DNA of 64,000 nucleotides from Escherichia coli (GTDB lineage Bacteria; Pseudomonadota; Gammaproteobacteria; Enterobacterales; Enterobacteriaceae): NCBI RefSeq assembly GCF_003334815.1, contig NZ_QOWO01000010.1; one strand, 5' to 3'. Shown piece by piece: positions 1 to 13,031 of this stretch (position 1 is its first letter; each line of letters starts with the position of its first letter). The notes under the pieces were generated by a model. It saw only the letters and a program-made list of their open reading frames with translations, ran no database searches and was not told where the DNA came from. The position numbers and the translations under genes were made by a program.

Positions 1-741
1 AATCGGTGGAGCTGCATGACAAAGTCATCGGGCATTATCTGAACATAAAACACTATCAATAAGTTGGAGTCATTACCCTGAATTTCGTTGTCAGTCCAGA
101 GGATTTACGCAAATTAACCGTCGATGTTTTACCTGCCCTGCGAGTTAATTCCGAGCAGGCCTGAAATACCTGTAGAGTGCAATTCCATATCACGCGATAG
201 ATTCTATTCATATAAACGCTCCATATACAAACAATACAGCCACGAAAGAGATGAGTCGTCAGACATTAAAAATGAAACTTATTAAATTGTCAGAGGTCTG
301 TATTGAGTGTTAGTTGGAGGTGGGAAGGTGTCAATTTGGCTAATTTGCTAATGCTTTCGAATTGATAGATTAAAAATTGCATAGTTCTTATTTTATTTAA
401 ATATGAACTATGAGTTATTGTTGCTTAATAAGAAAACTGTTTCTTTCAATAGGAAAATTATCATCATCATATTTAACAAAGAATAGCACTAATTGCTAAA
501 AATCGAAGTTTATTAAACCCCTTTTGCATCCATTAGTGTCTTTAGGAATATTCGCTATAAAATAAGGGTTGTGCTTAATGCTTTAAGAAAAATAGCAATT
601 TTCCCTTGAATATAGTACTGGTGATGGAACGATGAATCTGCAAGCTGGCTTTTAACAAGCCAGCTCTAAAAGAAGGGAAATAAGAATAACTATACTCAAA
701 AACTAACAGCCACGGTCATCATGATGTGGCTGTCAATGAAA

Positions 742-2334
742 CTATAACCCAGGCGCTTTCCATAACGACGTCGTCAGTCCATGATCAACCAGCCCCAGCT
801 GATCCTGATAAACTGCCTGCCACTTATCGCGTGAATCCTGATAAAGTTCATGCTTTTCCGGGTCTGGTGTGTGCGTCCGTTCCCAGCGAACCAGGCGTTC
901 TCCGGTTTCTGCCATTGATGAAAAAATTCCGGCACCGACGCCAGCTGCAATGGCACATCCTAATGCAGTGGCTTCTTTGACCACCGGAATATTGACGGGT
1001 AATCCCGAGACATCAGCGAGAATTTGACTCCATAATTTCCCTTTTGAACCTCCGCCTGCAAAGACTAACGATGAAGGATGAATATTCGAGAAATCAGCAA
1101 TTTGCTGCAAGTTACACGCTGATACAATCGCCGCATTTTCTTCCAGCGCACGGAACAATGTCGCTTTGTTACATTTATCCGGGTCAATGGACAAGTTAAT
1201 AAAGGAAGGCGCAGCGTGATACCAGGTTTTAAAGCGCATTCTGTCGGAGAAGATCGGCATTACGCCCCACGACCCAGGCGGCACCCGACTGGCCATCTCT
1301 TCCAGCAGCGTATAGGTGTCGATGCCTAAACGTTCGGCAATCAGTTTTTCTTCGGCACAGAAAGCATCGCGGAACCAGCGCATGGTGAGTCCGGTAAAAA
1401 AGCTTATAGATTCAGCTTGTACCATGCCAGGAATAACATGAGGATTAACGCGCACGTTCATTTCTGGGTCTGTCACCGGCGCGGCTAAATTTACAACTTG
1501 CTGCCAGAATGTGCCGCCAAGAACCGCGGTTTGTGCCGGACGCACAACGCCTAACCCAAGGCAACCAAGCTGCACGTCGCCTCCTCCAACGACCACCGGA
1601 GTGCCCGCCTTCAGACCGCAGAGTTCCGCCGCTTGTGAACTTACCACGCCCAGCAATGTGCCGGTTTCTTTGACAGGAGAAAGAATATCGGCACGTAGGC
1701 CAGCCATATCCAGCAATGCAGGTTTCCAGTCACGGGTGGTTAGATCAAGAAGTCCCGTGGTGCCAGCGTTAGAGGGATCCACCGCCAGTTCGCCGCTGAG
1801 CATATAGGCCAGCCAGTCGCTGATCATGGTGATGGTTGATGCCTGACGGTAAATATCGGAACGATGGTGCGCCAGCCAAAGTAATCTGGGGATGGCACTT
1901 AAAGCCAGTGTTTGTCCGGTCGCGCGATAAACTTCGTTTTCAAAGGTATTGTTGTGCAGTTCTTTAAGTTCGCTAACTTCGCGTGCCGCTCTGGCATCCA
2001 CATTGGCGCAGGCCCAGATCGGGGCTCCTTCATTATTATATAAAACAATGCCTTCACGCATCGAACATGCCGAAACGGCAGCGATATACTCCGGGGCTAT
2101 GCCGGCGTTGTGCAGCGCCTGGCGCATACACTCACACGCCAGTTGCCAGTTTTTGTTGAGATCAAATTCCATAGAACCAGGAACGTCCGGTACTGCCAGA
2201 TGCCGCCACTCCGCCTGTCCCACTGCTATTTGATTGCCTTCCAGGTCGAATATCACAGCCCGAATACTTCCGGTGCCTGCATCCAGCGCCATCAGGTAGT
2301 ACTTTGATTCTGAAAGGGTAAAGAGTCGAGCCAT
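742..2334 (-). CDS. lsrK: Autoinducer-2 kinase LsrK (FGGY sugar kinase family)
   Basis: 530-aa ORF; recognised protein sequence; position 3' of lsrR and divergent from lsrACDBFG. Confidence 0.93.
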   Translation of the reverse strand: MARLFTLSESKYYLMALDAGTGSIRAVIFDLEGNQIAVGQAEWRHLAVPDVPGSMEFDLNKNWQLACECMRQALHNAGIAPEYIAAVSACSMREGIVLYNNEGAPIWACANVDARAAREVSELKELHNNTFENEVYRATGQTLALSAIPRLLWLAHHRSDIYRQASTITMISDWLAYMLSGELAVDPSNAGTTGLLDLTTRDWKPALLDMAGLRADILSPVKETGTLLGVVSSQAAELCGLKAGTPVVVGGGDVQLGCLGLGVVRPAQTAVLGGTFWQQVVNLAAPVTDPEMNVRVNPHVIPGMVQAESISFFTGLTMRWFRDAFCAEEKLIAERLGIDTYTLLEEMASRVPPGSWGVMPIFSDRMRFKTWYHAAPSFINLSIDPDKCNKATLFRALEENAAIVSACNLQQIADFSNIHPSSLVFAGGGSKGKLWSQILADVSGLPVNIPVVKEATALGCAIAAGVGAGIFSSMAETGERLVRWERTHTPDPEKHELYQDSRDKWQAVYQDQLGLVDHGLTTSLWKAPGL

Positions 2335-2412
2335 TAGATTATCCTCGGCTTATGCGTTCTGTCTGTTCCTCTATACGTTCTCCATCATTCCCGGTAATAA
2401 GGTCATGCAAAT

Positions 2413-3366
2413 TTAACTACGTAAAATCGCCGCTGCTGTGTCCTGATCGGTAACCAGTGCGTTGATATAACCGCCTTTCATTGCAGCGGCAATTGCTTCG
2501 GCTTTATTTTCTCCCCCTGCCACGCCAACCCGGACGGGTATGGTCTTCAGCGCGCTTAAAGGTAAGCCAATCAGTTCGTTATGTATTTTGATATTCGTGA
2601 CAACGTCACCTTTTGCATCAAAAAAGTAGCCTAAAATGTCGCCAACCGCCCCTTTTCGGCCAATCATTAACTGTTCGCCCTGGCTGATATAACCGGAGCG
2701 AATGATTGTCGCATCGTCCTGTTGACTCACAGCACCAATGCCGACAATCGCCACATCCGCTGCTTGCGCGGCTAACAGAACATCTTTGACGCAATTTTCA
2801 TTTTTTAGCGTACGGGCAATGTCAGCGGAGGATGCCCGCAACGGAGCCGGAATAATATTCACACTGCACGCCGCGTTAAGCTGCCCGATTCCCGTCATAT
2901 AAGAACCGACGCCACCGGAGAGCGTGACCAGGCGAATTTGCTGTGACGAAATAAAACCACTTAAGCGTTGCAGCGTATTCATGGTTGCCTCGCCAAAACC
3001 AATCGCCAGCATCTGTTGTGGTTGAAGTAAACTCATCAACATATGCGCCGCGCCTATCCCCAGTCGCCCACCGACATCAGCATCCGCAAGCCCAGGGATC
3101 ACCCGGACATGTTGCAGCGAAAACTGACGACGTAATTGAGTTTCATATTCCAGACAGCCTTCAAAGCGAGAATTAATCTGTACGCGAATAATGCCGGACT
3201 GATGCCCTTTCTCCAGCAATCGCGACACTTTCAAACGTGTCAGGCCGAGACGATCGCTGATCTCGCTCTGGGTCAGCCCGTCGTGATAGTAAAACCACGC
3301 GATCCGCGCGACCTGTTCTTCTTCACACATTCCCTGTTCTGAAATTGCCGAATCGTTGATTGTCAT
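2413..3366 (-). CDS. lsrR: lsr operon repressor LsrR (SorC/DeoR-like, N-terminal HTH)
   Basis: 317-aa ORF; recognised sequence; divergent from lsrA. Confidence 0.93.
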   Translation of the reverse strand: MTINDSAISEQGMCEEEQVARIAWFYYHDGLTQSEISDRLGLTRLKVSRLLEKGHQSGIIRVQINSRFEGCLEYETQLRRQFSLQHVRVIPGLADADVGGRLGIGAAHMLMSLLQPQQMLAIGFGEATMNTLQRLSGFISSQQIRLVTLSGGVGSYMTGIGQLNAACSVNIIPAPLRASSADIARTLKNENCVKDVLLAAQAADVAIVGIGAVSQQDDATIIRSGYISQGEQLMIGRKGAVGDILGYFFDAKGDVVTNIKIHNELIGLPLSALKTIPVRVGVAGGENKAEAIAAAMKGGYINALVTDQDTAAAILRS

Positions 3367-3614
3367 AATTCATTCTTCACTTTGAACATATTTAAATCTT
3401 TAATGCAATTGTTCAGTTCTTGCTCATTTATATCTGTGATGGCAACCACAGTTTGACTCTACGAGCATGAACAAACGCAACCCTGAAAATCAAAATAGCA
3501 TAAATTGTGATCTATTCGTCGGAAATATGTGCAATGTCCACCTAAGGTTATGAACAAATTAAAAGCAGAAATACATTTGTTCAAAACTCACCTGCAAAAC
3601 TGAACGGGGGAAAT
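3367..3614. promoter_or_regulatory. Divergent lsrR / lsrA promoter region; CRP-like site TGTGA-N6-CCACA at about 3435..3450
   Basis: 248-bp AT-rich intergenic between divergent genes; near-consensus CRP half-sites read in the sequence. Confidence 0.5.
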
Positions 3615-5150
3615 ATGCAAACGAGTGATACCCGCGCGTTACCGCTACTTTGCGCCCGCTCGGTTTATAAACAGTATTCAGGGGTCAATGTCCTGAAAGG
3701 CATCGATTTTACGTTGCATCAGGGGGAGGTCCACGCCCTGCTCGGCGGCAATGGTGCCGGTAAATCGACGTTAATGAAGATTATTGCCGGTATTACCCCT
3801 GCTGATAGCGGTACGCTGGAGATTGAGGGCAACAACTACGTCAGATTAACGCCAGTTCATGCTCATCAGCTGGGTATTTATCTCGTTCCCCAGGAACCGC
3901 TGCTTTTCCCAAGCCTGTCGATAAAAGAAAACATCCTGTTTGGGCTGGCAAAAAAACAGCTCTCCATGCAGAAAATGAAGAACTTGCTGGCGGCGCTGGG
4001 CTGCCAGTTTGATCTGCATAGTCTGGCAGGATCGCTGGATGTCGCCGATCGCCAAATGGTGGAAATCCTCCGCGGGCTGATGCGCGACTCGCGGATTCTG
4101 ATCCTCGATGAACCTACCGCCTCGCTTACCCCTGCGGAAACCGAACGCTTGTTTAGTCGCTTGCAAGAGCTGCTTGCTACTGGCGTGGGTATTGTTTTTA
4201 TCTCGCATAAGCTGCCGGAAATTCGCCAGATTGCCGATCGAATTAGCGTGATGCGCGACGGAACCATCGCCTTAAGCGGCAAAACCAGCGAACTGTCTAC
4301 CGACGACATTATTCAGGCCATCACCCCAGCGGTACGGGAAAAATCGCTCTCTGCCAGCCAAAAATTATGGCTGGAGTTACCTGGTAACCGCCCACAACAT
4401 GCCGCCGGAACGCCGGTGCTGACACTGGAAAATCTGACCGGCGAAGGTTTCAGGAATGTCAGCCTGACGCTCAATGCCGGAGAAATTCTGGGCCTGGCTG
4501 GGCTGGTGGGGGCCGGACGCACAGAACTGGCCGAGACGCTCTATGGTCTGCGTACTTTGCGTGGCGGACGCATTATGCTGAATGGTAAAGAGATCAATAA
4601 ATTATCCACTGGAGAACGTTTACTGCGCGGTCTGGTTTATCTGCCGGAAGATCGCCAGTCATCCGGACTGAATCTCGATGCTTCGCTGGCCTGGAACGTC
4701 TGCGCCCTTACTCATAACCTTCGTGGATTCTGGGCGAAAACCGCGAAAGATAATGCCACCCTGGAACGTTATCGTCGGGCGCTGAATATTAAATTCAACC
4801 AACCGGAACAAGCTGCACGGACATTATCCGGTGGCAACCAGCAAAAAATCCTCATTGCCAAATGCCTGGAAGCTTCGCCGCAAGTATTGATTGTCGATGA
4901 GCCGACGCGCGGCGTGGATGTCTCGGCCCGTAATGATATCTACCAGCTGTTGCGCAGCATCGCCGCACAAAATGTGGCTGTGCTGCTTATCTCCTCCGAC
5001 CTGGAAGAGATCGAACTGATGGCAGATCGTGTGTATGTGATGCATCAGGGCGAAATTACCCACTCTGCACTGACCGAGCGCGATATTAATGTCGAGACTA
5101 TTATGCGCGTTGCCTTCGGCGATAGTCAGCGTCAGGAGGCGTCATGCTGA
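3615..5150 (+). CDS. lsrA: AI-2 ABC transporter ATP-binding protein LsrA (duplicated ABC domains)
   Basis: 511-aa ORF; Walker [10 protein letters not shown] visible; recognised sequence. Confidence 0.93.
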
Positions 5151-6172
5151 AGTTTATTCAGAACAACCGTGAAATCACGGCACTGCTGGCGGTGGTGCTG
5201 CTGTTTGTATTACCCGGTTTTCTCGACCGCCAGTATTTAAGTGTGCAAACGCTGACCATGGTTTATAGCAGCGCGCAAATCCTGATCCTGCTGGCAATGG
5301 GCGCGACGCTGGTAATGCTTACGCGCAATATTGATGTTTCAGTGGGTTCGATTACCGGAATGTGCGCGGTGCTGTTGGGGATGTTACTGAACGCAGGATA
5401 TTCACTACCTGTTGCTTGTGTCGCGACTTTACTGCTTGGTTTGCTCGCGGGATTTTTCAACGGTGTCCTGGTCGCGTGGCTAAAGATCCCTGCCATTGTT
5501 GCCACCCTTGGCACGTTAGGGTTGTACAGAGGCATCATGTTGCTGTGGACTGGCGGCAAATGGATTGAAGGGTTACCCGCCGAACTGAAACAGCTCTCCG
5601 CCCCGCTGCTGCTTGGCGTTTCAGCAATTGGTTGGTTGACGATAATTCTGGTGGCATTTATGGCCTGGCTGCTGGCAAAGACGGCGTTTGGACGCAGTTT
5701 TTATGCCACGGGCGATAATTTACAGGGCGCTCGTCAACTGGGCGTTCGTACTGAAGCCATTCGCATTGTGGCATTTTCGTTGAACGGCTGCATGGCGGCA
5801 CTGGCGGGAATTGTGTTTGCTTCGCAGATTGGTTTTATCCCCAACCAGACCGGTACCGGGCTGGAGATGAAAGCAATTGCAGCCTGCGTGCTGGGCGGCA
5901 TTAGTTTGCTCGGTGGTTCCGGTGCGATCATTGGTGCGGTACTCGGCGCATGGTTCCTGACGCAGATCGATAGCGTACTGGTGCTGTTGCGCATTCCGGC
6001 ATGGTGGAATGATTTTATCGCGGGTCTGGTTCTGCTGGCGGTGCTGGTGTTTGATGGACGCCTGCGTTGTGCGCTGGAACGTAATCTACGGCGGCAAAAA
6101 TATGCCCGCTTTATGACGCCACCGCCATCCGTTAAACCCGCTTCGTCAGGTAAAAAACGGGAGGCCGCATAA
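5144..6172 (+). CDS. lsrC: AI-2 ABC transporter permease LsrC
   Basis: 342-aa hydrophobic ORF overlapping lsrA by 7 nt. Confidence 0.92.
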
Positions 6173-7164
6173 TGCGTATTCGCTACGGTTGGGAACTGGC
6201 TCTTGCCGCACTGCTCGTTATTGAGATTGTCGCATTTGGTGCAATTAACCCGCGAATGTTAGATCTCAATATGTTGCTGTTCAGCACCAGTGACTTTATC
6301 TGCATTGGCATTGTCGCCCTACCGCTAACGATGGTGATTGTCAGTGGCGGGATCGATATTTCGTTTGGTTCGACCATCGGCCTCTGCGCCATTGCATTGG
6401 GCGTACTGTTTCAAAGTGGTGTGCCGATGCCGCTGGCGATACTCCTGACCTTACTGCTCGGCGCATTGTGCGGGCTGATCAACGCCGGATTAATTATCTA
6501 TACCAAAGTTAACCCGCTGGTGATTACGCTTGGCACGCTGTATCTGTTTGCCGGAAGCGCTCTGCTGCTTTCCGGTATGGCCGGAGCGACGGGGTACGAA
6601 GGTATTGGTGGATTCCCGATGGCGTTTACAGATTTCGCTAACCTGGATGTGCTGGGACTCCCCGTTCCGCTGATTATCTTCCTGATATGTCTCCTCGTTT
6701 TCTGGCTCTGGCTGCATAAAACCCATGCCGGACGTAATGTGTTTTTGATTGGGCAAAGCCCGCGCGTGGCGCTTTATAGCGCGATTCCAGTTAACCGTAC
6801 CTTATGTGCGCTCTATGCCATGACGGGGCTGGCGTCTGCGGTCGCCGCTGTGCTGCTGGTATCGTATTTTGGTTCAGCACGTTCCGATCTCGGTGCGTCG
6901 TTTCTGATGCCCGCCATCACCGCCGTGGTGCTTGGCGGGGCCAATATTTATGGTGGTTCCGGTTCCATTATCGGCACCGCCATTGCGGTTTTATTAGTGG
7001 GATATTTGCAACAAGGTTTGCAAATGGCAGGAGTGCCAAATCAGGTGTCCAGCGCCCTTTCCGGTGCGCTACTTATCGTCGTTGTCGTAGGTCGTTCCGT
7101 TAGCCTGCATCGCCAGCAAATTAAAGAGTGGCTGGCGCGTCGGGCCAATAACCCATTGCCATAA
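6172..7164 (+). CDS. lsrD: AI-2 ABC transporter permease LsrD
   Basis: 330-aa hydrophobic ORF; start overlaps lsrC stop by 1 nt. Confidence 0.92.
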
Positions 7165-7175
7165 AGGATATCTTC

Positions 7176-8198
7176 ATGACACTTCATCGCTTTAAGAAAA
7201 TCGCCTTACTTAGCGCTCTTGGCATTGCCGCAATCTCTATGAATGTGCAGGCCGCAGAGCGTATTGCATTTATTCCCAAACTGGTTGGCGTGGGATTTTT
7301 TACCAGCGGTGGCAACGGCGCACAACAAGCGGGTAAAGAGCTGGGCGTTGATGTGACCTACGACGGGCCGACAGAACCCAGTGTTTCTGGTCAGGTACAG
7401 TTGATTAATAACTTCGTCAATCAAGGTTATAACGCCATTATCGTTTCTGCGGTTTCGCCTGATGGCTTGTGTCCGGCACTGAAACGCGCCATGCAACGTG
7501 GTGTGAGAGTGCTGACCTGGGACTCTGATACTAAACCGGAGTGCCGCTCTTACTACATTAATCAGGGAACGCCCGCCCAGTTAGGAGGTATGTTGGTGGA
7601 TATGGCGGCGCGTCAGGTGAATAAAGACAAAGCCAAAGTCGCGTTTTTCTACTCAAGCCCCACCGTTACGGACCAAAACCAGTGGGTGAAAGAAGCGAAA
7701 GCGAAAATCGCCAAAGAGCATCCAGGCTGGGAAATTGTCACTACGCAGTTTGGCTATAACGATGCCACTAAATCGTTACAAACCGCAGAAGGAATATTAA
7801 AAGCGTATAGCGATCTCGACGCCATTATCGCCCCCGATGCCAACGCCCTGCCCGCTGCCGCACAAGCCGCAGAAAACTTGAAAAATGACAAAGTAGCGAT
7901 TGTCGGATTCAGTACGCCAAATGTGATGCGCCCGTATGTAGAGCGCGGCACGGTGAAAGAATTTGGCCTGTGGGATGTGGTTCAGCAAGGCAAAATTTCA
8001 GTGTATGTCGCGGATGCATTATTGAAAAAAGGATCAATGAAAACGGGCGACAAGCTGGATATCAAGGGCGTAGGTCAGGTTGAAGTCTCGCCAAACAGCG
8101 TTCAGGGCTATGACTACGAAGCGGATGGTAATGGCATCGTACTGTTACCGGAGCGCGTGATATTCAACAAAGAGAATATCGGCAAATACGATTTCTGA
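7176..8198 (+). CDS. lsrB: Periplasmic AI-2-binding protein LsrB
   Basis: 340-aa ORF with N-terminal signal peptide; recognised sequence. Confidence 0.92.
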
Positions 8199-8224
8199 TG
8201 TGCATTACTTAACCGGAGTAAGTT

Positions 8225-9100
8225 ATGGCAGATTTAGACGATATTAAAGATGGTAAAGATTTTCGTACCGATCAACCGCAAAAAAATATCCCTTTTACCC
8301 TGAAAGGTTGCGGTGCGCTGGATTGGGGAATGCAGTCACGCTTATCGCGGATATTTAATCCGAAAACGGGTAAAACCGTGATGCTGGCTTTTGACCATGG
8401 TTATTTTCAGGGACCGACTACCGGACTTGAACGCATTGATATAAATATCGCCCCGCTGTTTGAACATGCCGATGTATTAATGTGTACGCGCGGCATTTTG
8501 CGCAGCGTAGTTCCCCCTGCGACCAATAGGCCGGTGGTACTGCGGGCGTCAGGTGCGAACTCTATTCTGGCGGAATTAAGTAATGAAGCCGTGGCGTTAT
8601 CGATGGATGACGCCGTGCGCCTGAACAGTTGCGCGGTGGCGGCGCAGGTTTATATCGGCAGCGAATATGAACATCAGTCGATCAAAAATATTATTCAGCT
8701 GGTTGATGCCGGAATGAAAGTGGGAATGCCGACCATGGCCGTGACTGGCGTGGGCAAAGATATGGTGCGCGATCAGCGTTATTTCTCGCTCGCGACTCGA
8801 ATCGCCGCTGAAATGGGGGCGCAAATTATCAAAACCTATTATGTCGAAAAAGGTTTTGAACGGATTGTTGCCGGATGTCCGGTACCCATTGTTATTGCTG
8901 GCGGTAAAAAATTACCGGAGCGCGAGGCGCTGGAAATGTGCTGGCAGGCTATCGATCAGGGCGCTTCTGGTGTGGATATGGGGCGTAATATTTTCCAGTC
9001 TGACCATCCGGTGGCGATGATGAAAGCCGTACAGGCGGTGGTTCACCATAACGAAACGGCTGATCGGGCATATGAACTCTATCTGAGTGAAAAACAGTAA
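8225..9100 (+). CDS. lsrF: 3-hydroxy-5-phosphonooxypentane-2,4-dione thiolase LsrF (class I aldolase fold)
   Basis: 291-aa ORF; recognised sequence; operon position. Confidence 0.9.
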   Translation: MADLDDIKDGKDFRTDQPQKNIPFTLKGCGALDWGMQSRLSRIFNPKTGKTVMLAFDHGYFQGPTTGLERIDINIAPLFEHADVLMCTRGILRSVVPPATNRPVVLRASGANSILAELSNEAVALSMDDAVRLNSCAVAAQVYIGSEYEHQSIKNIIQLVDAGMKVGMPTMAVTGVGKDMVRDQRYFSLATRIAAEMGAQIIKTYYVEKGFERIVAGCPVPIVIAGGKKLPEREALEMCWQAIDQGASGVDMGRNIFQSDHPVAMMKAVQAVVHHNETADRAYELYLSEKQ

Positions 9101-9123
9101 CTGCGGATCTAAGGAGAAGAATT

Positions 9124-9414
9124 ATGCACGTCACACTGGTTGAAATTAACGTTCATGAAGACAAGGTTGACGAGTTTATCGAAGTTTTTCGCCAGAACCA
9201 CCTGGGCTCTGTACAGGAAGAAGGCAATTTGCGCTTCGATGTCTTACAGGACCCGGAAGTGAATTCGCGCTTTTATATCTACGAAGCCTATAAAGATGAA
9301 GACGCAGTGGCGTTCCATAAAACCACGCCCCACTACAAAACCTGTGTCGCGAAACTGGAATCTTTAATGACCGGGCCGCGTAAAAAACGTCTGTTCAATG
9401 GTTTGATGCCGTGA
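9124..9414 (+). CDS. lsrG: Phospho-AI-2 isomerase LsrG
   Basis: 96-aa ORF; recognised sequence; last gene of lsr operon. Confidence 0.9.
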   Translation: MHVTLVEINVHEDKVDEFIEVFRQNHLGSVQEEGNLRFDVLQDPEVNSRFYIYEAYKDEDAVAFHKTTPHYKTCVAKLESLMTGPRKKRLFNGLMP

Positions 9415-9470
9415 GGCGAATTTATCAATTTTATCTACAATTGGGGTAACGCGCTGACGGGAGTAAAAAA

Positions 9471-10229
9471 ATGTCTGACTGGAACCCCTCTTTATATCTA
9501 CACTTTTCCGCTGAACGATCGCGTCCGGCGGTGGAGCTGCTTGCCAGAGTGCCGCTGGAAAATGTCGAATATGTTGCCGATCTTGGCTGTGGCCCAGGTA
9601 ACAGCACCGCCCTTCTACAACAACGTTGGCCTGCGGCCAGGATAACAGGCATCGACTCGTCTCCGGCGATGATTGCTGAAGCGCGCAGTGCTTTGCCAGA
9701 CTGCCAGTTCGTGGAAGCAGACATCCGCAACTGGCAACCGGTACAGGCACTCGATCTGATTTTTGCTAATGCCTCACTGCAATGGCTGCCCGACCACTAC
9801 GAATTGTTTCCTCATCTGGTTTCTTTACTTAATCCGCAGGGCGTGCTGGCAGTACAGATGCCAGATAACTGGCTGGAGCCGACCCATGTGCTCATGCGCG
9901 AAGTTGCCTGGGAACAAAACTACCCGGATCGCGGGCGTGAGCCGTTGGCTGGCGTTCATGCTTACTACGATATTTTGAGCGAAGCCGGATGTGAGGTCGA
10001 TATCTGGCGAACCACCTACTATCACCAGATGCCGTCACACCAGGCGATTATCGATTGGGTGACTGCCACTGGATTACGTCCGTGGTTACAGGATCTGACC
10101 GAGAGCGAACAGCAGCTTTTTCTTAAGCGCTACCATCAGATGCTGGAAGAGCAGTATCCACTGCAAGAGAACGGACAGATACTGCTGGCATTTCCGCGTC
10201 TGTTTATTGTTGCCCGGCGTATGGAGTAA
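9471..10229 (+). CDS. tam: Trans-aconitate 2-methyltransferase
   Basis: 252-aa ORF; SAM-binding motif DLGCGPG visible; recognised sequence. Confidence 0.9.
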
Positions 10230-10232
10230 ATA

Positions 10233-11147
10233 TCACGTCAGCTGGTAATGACGATCGGGAAGAATTTTTGCTGGAATTTCGGCTTCATCGTTCATCTGTA
10301 ACAGGTCAATTTCAATAGCGTTGCAGATGGCATCCAGTGGTAAATCATTGTTTTCAGTACCGAACGGATCTTCCAGTTCTTCCGCCAGACAATCCAGCGA
10401 AATAAAAGTGTAGGAAATCAGCACAGAGATAAAAGGCGTCATGTAATGCAGGTCCATGACCAGCGCGAACGGCAGCATGATACAAAACAGATAAACGGTA
10501 CGATGCAAAATCAGGGTGTAGGCAAAGGGAATTGGCGTATAGGCAATGCGCTCGCATCCTGCCAGGACCGCTGAAATATCATTAAGCCGATCGTTGAGGC
10601 TAATAAACAGGATATCTGAAAGCTGTCCATTGCGGCGCTGAACCGCCAACCATTCTCCCATTATTAACAAGATACGGTTAGCTGGAGAGTTCGAAGCCAG
10701 TACACGCTGAAGATCTTCAGTCTTGAGATAATGAGCCAGCACTTCCGCCTGTGGCTGTTTGCGTAATGTCATGCGTAAACAGTGGGCGAAAGCGATTTGC
10801 AGCCGGGCAAACTCCCTTACACTTGCCGAATCCGGCAATGTCGTTTTTACCTCGCGCAGTAACGACCGTGAGGCAATCATCAACTGCCCCCAAAGTTTTC
10901 GCGCTTCAACGTAACGGGCGTACCCGGCATTATTACGAAAACCAAGAAAAATGGCGATGGCGACACCGAGAATGCTGAACGGTGCGAGGGTGAATTTGAT
11001 GCCCAGATGCGTGTACCAGGGCAGCATGAAAATAACAGCGATAGAAAAGAGAAAATTGAGTAGTAAGCGCGAGGATATCTTGGATAATACTGAGCCGTGC
11101 CAGACAAAAATACGGCGCAGCCAGTGTTGTTGTGGACGAACAATCAT
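10233..11147 (-). CDS. yneE: Bestrophin-family membrane protein YneE (ORF extends to 11198; likely start at the internal Met)
   Basis: 321-aa ORF with hydrophobic segments; recognised sequence. Confidence 0.8.
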   Translation of the reverse strand: MIVRPQQHWLRRIFVWHGSVLSKISSRLLLNFLFSIAVIFMLPWYTHLGIKFTLAPFSILGVAIAIFLGFRNNAGYARYVEARKLWGQLMIASRSLLREVKTTLPDSASVREFARLQIAFAHCLRMTLRKQPQAEVLAHYLKTEDLQRVLASNSPANRILLIMGEWLAVQRRNGQLSDILFISLNDRLNDISAVLAGCERIAYTPIPFAYTLILHRTVYLFCIMLPFALVMDLHYMTPFISVLISYTFISLDCLAEELEDPFGTENNDLPLDAICNAIEIDLLQMNDEAEIPAKILPDRHYQLT

Positions 11148-11302
11148 GGTTATCTTCAGGCGTGGAAAAGTCGCCCTATTAAACGTGATTACGATCACAT
11201 TCTCAAGACGCTACTTACAAATTACCTACAAGCTTACAACATTAGCAGGCGCTGCATGTGGCACCTGTTAATGATAAAGGCATATAGGATGTTGTAACTA
11301 AT

Positions 11303-11336
11303 ATGGTGAAATAAGAAACCCGGTCGAAACCGGGTT
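11303..11336 (-). terminator. Intrinsic terminator hairpin downstream of uxaB (stem AACCCGGT / ACCGGGTT, then T-rich tract on minus strand)
   Basis: Inverted repeat read directly; approximate coordinates. Confidence 0.5.
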
Positions 11337-11353
11337 CAGAAGTAACGGTGTTA

Positions 11354-12805
11354 TTAGCACAACGGACGTACAGCTTCGCGCATCCCTTTTTCGAGAATCG
11401 CATCCAGGTCATTAGCAACCTGCTCGACCAGACCAGGCACTTGCGTCAGGTCCTGCTCCCAGTGGTCTTTTTCTGCCAAAACAATCGCTACCAGTTCCTG
11501 GGTGCCGATAACACGGTCACGATGCTGGCTCCAGAGTTGCTGATAACGTTCCAGCCAGTGTGCATCGTCCTGTACCGTATATGTTTCGCCGTTACGCTCA
11601 CCACGATAGAACGCAATCAATGCCGCTAATGCGAAAGTAAGGCGCGCCGGAAGTGTGCCGTTTGCCTTCTGCCCTGCCAGCAGCTGTGGCAGGATGCGGG
11701 TGCGGAACTTGGTCATACCGTTGAGCGCGATAGACAGCAGCTGATGCTTAATGTACGGGTTACGGAAACGCCCGGTGACTGCACTGGCGAAAGATTCCAG
11801 TTCATCACGAGGCAAATCCAGTACCGGAATAATTTCTTCGTAGATAGCTTTTTCAACGAATGCGCAAATTTCAGCATCGTTCATCGCTTCACCTACGGTA
11901 TCCAGCCCTGCCTGGAACGCCACCGGCACCAGCGCGGTGTGCGCACCGTTGAGGATTGCCACTTTGCGTTCTTTGTACGGTTTAATATCGTCAACAATCA
12001 GCACGTTGAGCGGATATTTGTCCAGACGCAGTTCAGTCGCTAAGGATTTCGGTCCCTGAATCACAAACAGGTAAAAGTGTTCAGCGGTGTCGAGAAAACC
12101 ATCGTGATAACCCAGTTCTTCTTCCAGTTTAGCCACTTCATCGCGCGGATAACCGGTAACGATACGGTCCACCAGCGTAGAACAGAAGCTGTTAGCCTGA
12201 TCCAGCCATTGAATAAATGCTTCTGGCAGTGCCCACTCTTGCGCATAGCGCAGCACCAGTTCACGCAACGCGTCGCCATTGTAGTCAATCAACTCACACG
12301 GAATGATGATCCAACCTTTATCCAGCGCACCGTTGAAATGGCTAAAGCGTTCGAACAGCAGACGGGTCAGTTTTGCCGGATAGCTTACCGCTGGCGCGTC
12401 ATCGAATTTATCGCCCGCATGGTAGCTGATACCCGCTTCGGTGGTGTTAGAGAAAACAAAGCGCATTTCCGGGTTGTGCGCCAGTTTCAGGAATTCATCG
12501 TATTCACTGTAGACGCTGATTTCACGATTAACCGAGCGAATCAGACGCGCGTCGCTGACCGCTTCCCCCTTCTCATTCAGGCCACGGATAATGGTGGTGT
12601 ACAGACCATCCTGCGTGCTCAGTGACGGCGGGAATGAAGTTTCAATCGGACGAACAACGACCACGCCAGAATTCAGATCGGTGTGCTCATTCAGGAGATC
12701 GATTTGCCAGTCAACAAAGGCGCGCAGGAAGTTACCTTCACCAAACTGAATGATACGTTCTGGATACTGTGCACCGGGAAAATCGCGACGATTTAGTGTT
12801 TTCAC
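11354..12805 (-). CDS. uxaB: Altronate oxidoreductase (tagaturonate reductase)
   Basis: 483-aa ORF; mannitol-dehydrogenase-family sequence recognised. Confidence 0.9.
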   Translation of the reverse strand: MKTLNRRDFPGAQYPERIIQFGEGNFLRAFVDWQIDLLNEHTDLNSGVVVVRPIETSFPPSLSTQDGLYTTIIRGLNEKGEAVSDARLIRSVNREISVYSEYDEFLKLAHNPEMRFVFSNTTEAGISYHAGDKFDDAPAVSYPAKLTRLLFERFSHFNGALDKGWIIIPCELIDYNGDALRELVLRYAQEWALPEAFIQWLDQANSFCSTLVDRIVTGYPRDEVAKLEEELGYHDGFLDTAEHFYLFVIQGPKSLATELRLDKYPLNVLIVDDIKPYKERKVAILNGAHTALVPVAFQAGLDTVGEAMNDAEICAFVEKAIYEEIIPVLDLPRDELESFASAVTGRFRNPYIKHQLLSIALNGMTKFRTRILPQLLAGQKANGTLPARLTFALAALIAFYRGERNGETYTVQDDAHWLERYQQLWSQHRDRVIGTQELVAIVLAEKDHWEQDLTQVPGLVEQVANDLDAILEKGMREAVRPLC

Positions 12806-13031
12806 AATGGGTTCCCTTCTGATTAGTCATACAACCTGTTTGAATTGGTACGACAGGTTAGCAAACTTTAATACGCCGAACCCCTGTTTTGATCAACTCC
12901 TGATGATTAATGAGCAGTTTTATGAGAAAAGTGTGGCGCGGATCATGGTTTAATCGAGGAAAAACGCCTTTTCCTGGATCATAAAGTGGTAGAACACATT
13001 GCATTCAAATCGCGCGTAATGAATAAAGATG

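Noticed and set aside
726-980. 84-aa plus-strand ORF at the lsrK 3' end
   Set aside because: Mostly antisense to lsrK; no ribosome-binding site; composition atypical for a protein.
12077-12625. 182-aa plus-strand ORF inside uxaB
   Set aside because: Fully antisense to the uxaB coding sequence with no promoter or ribosome-binding-site context; treated as a chance open frame.
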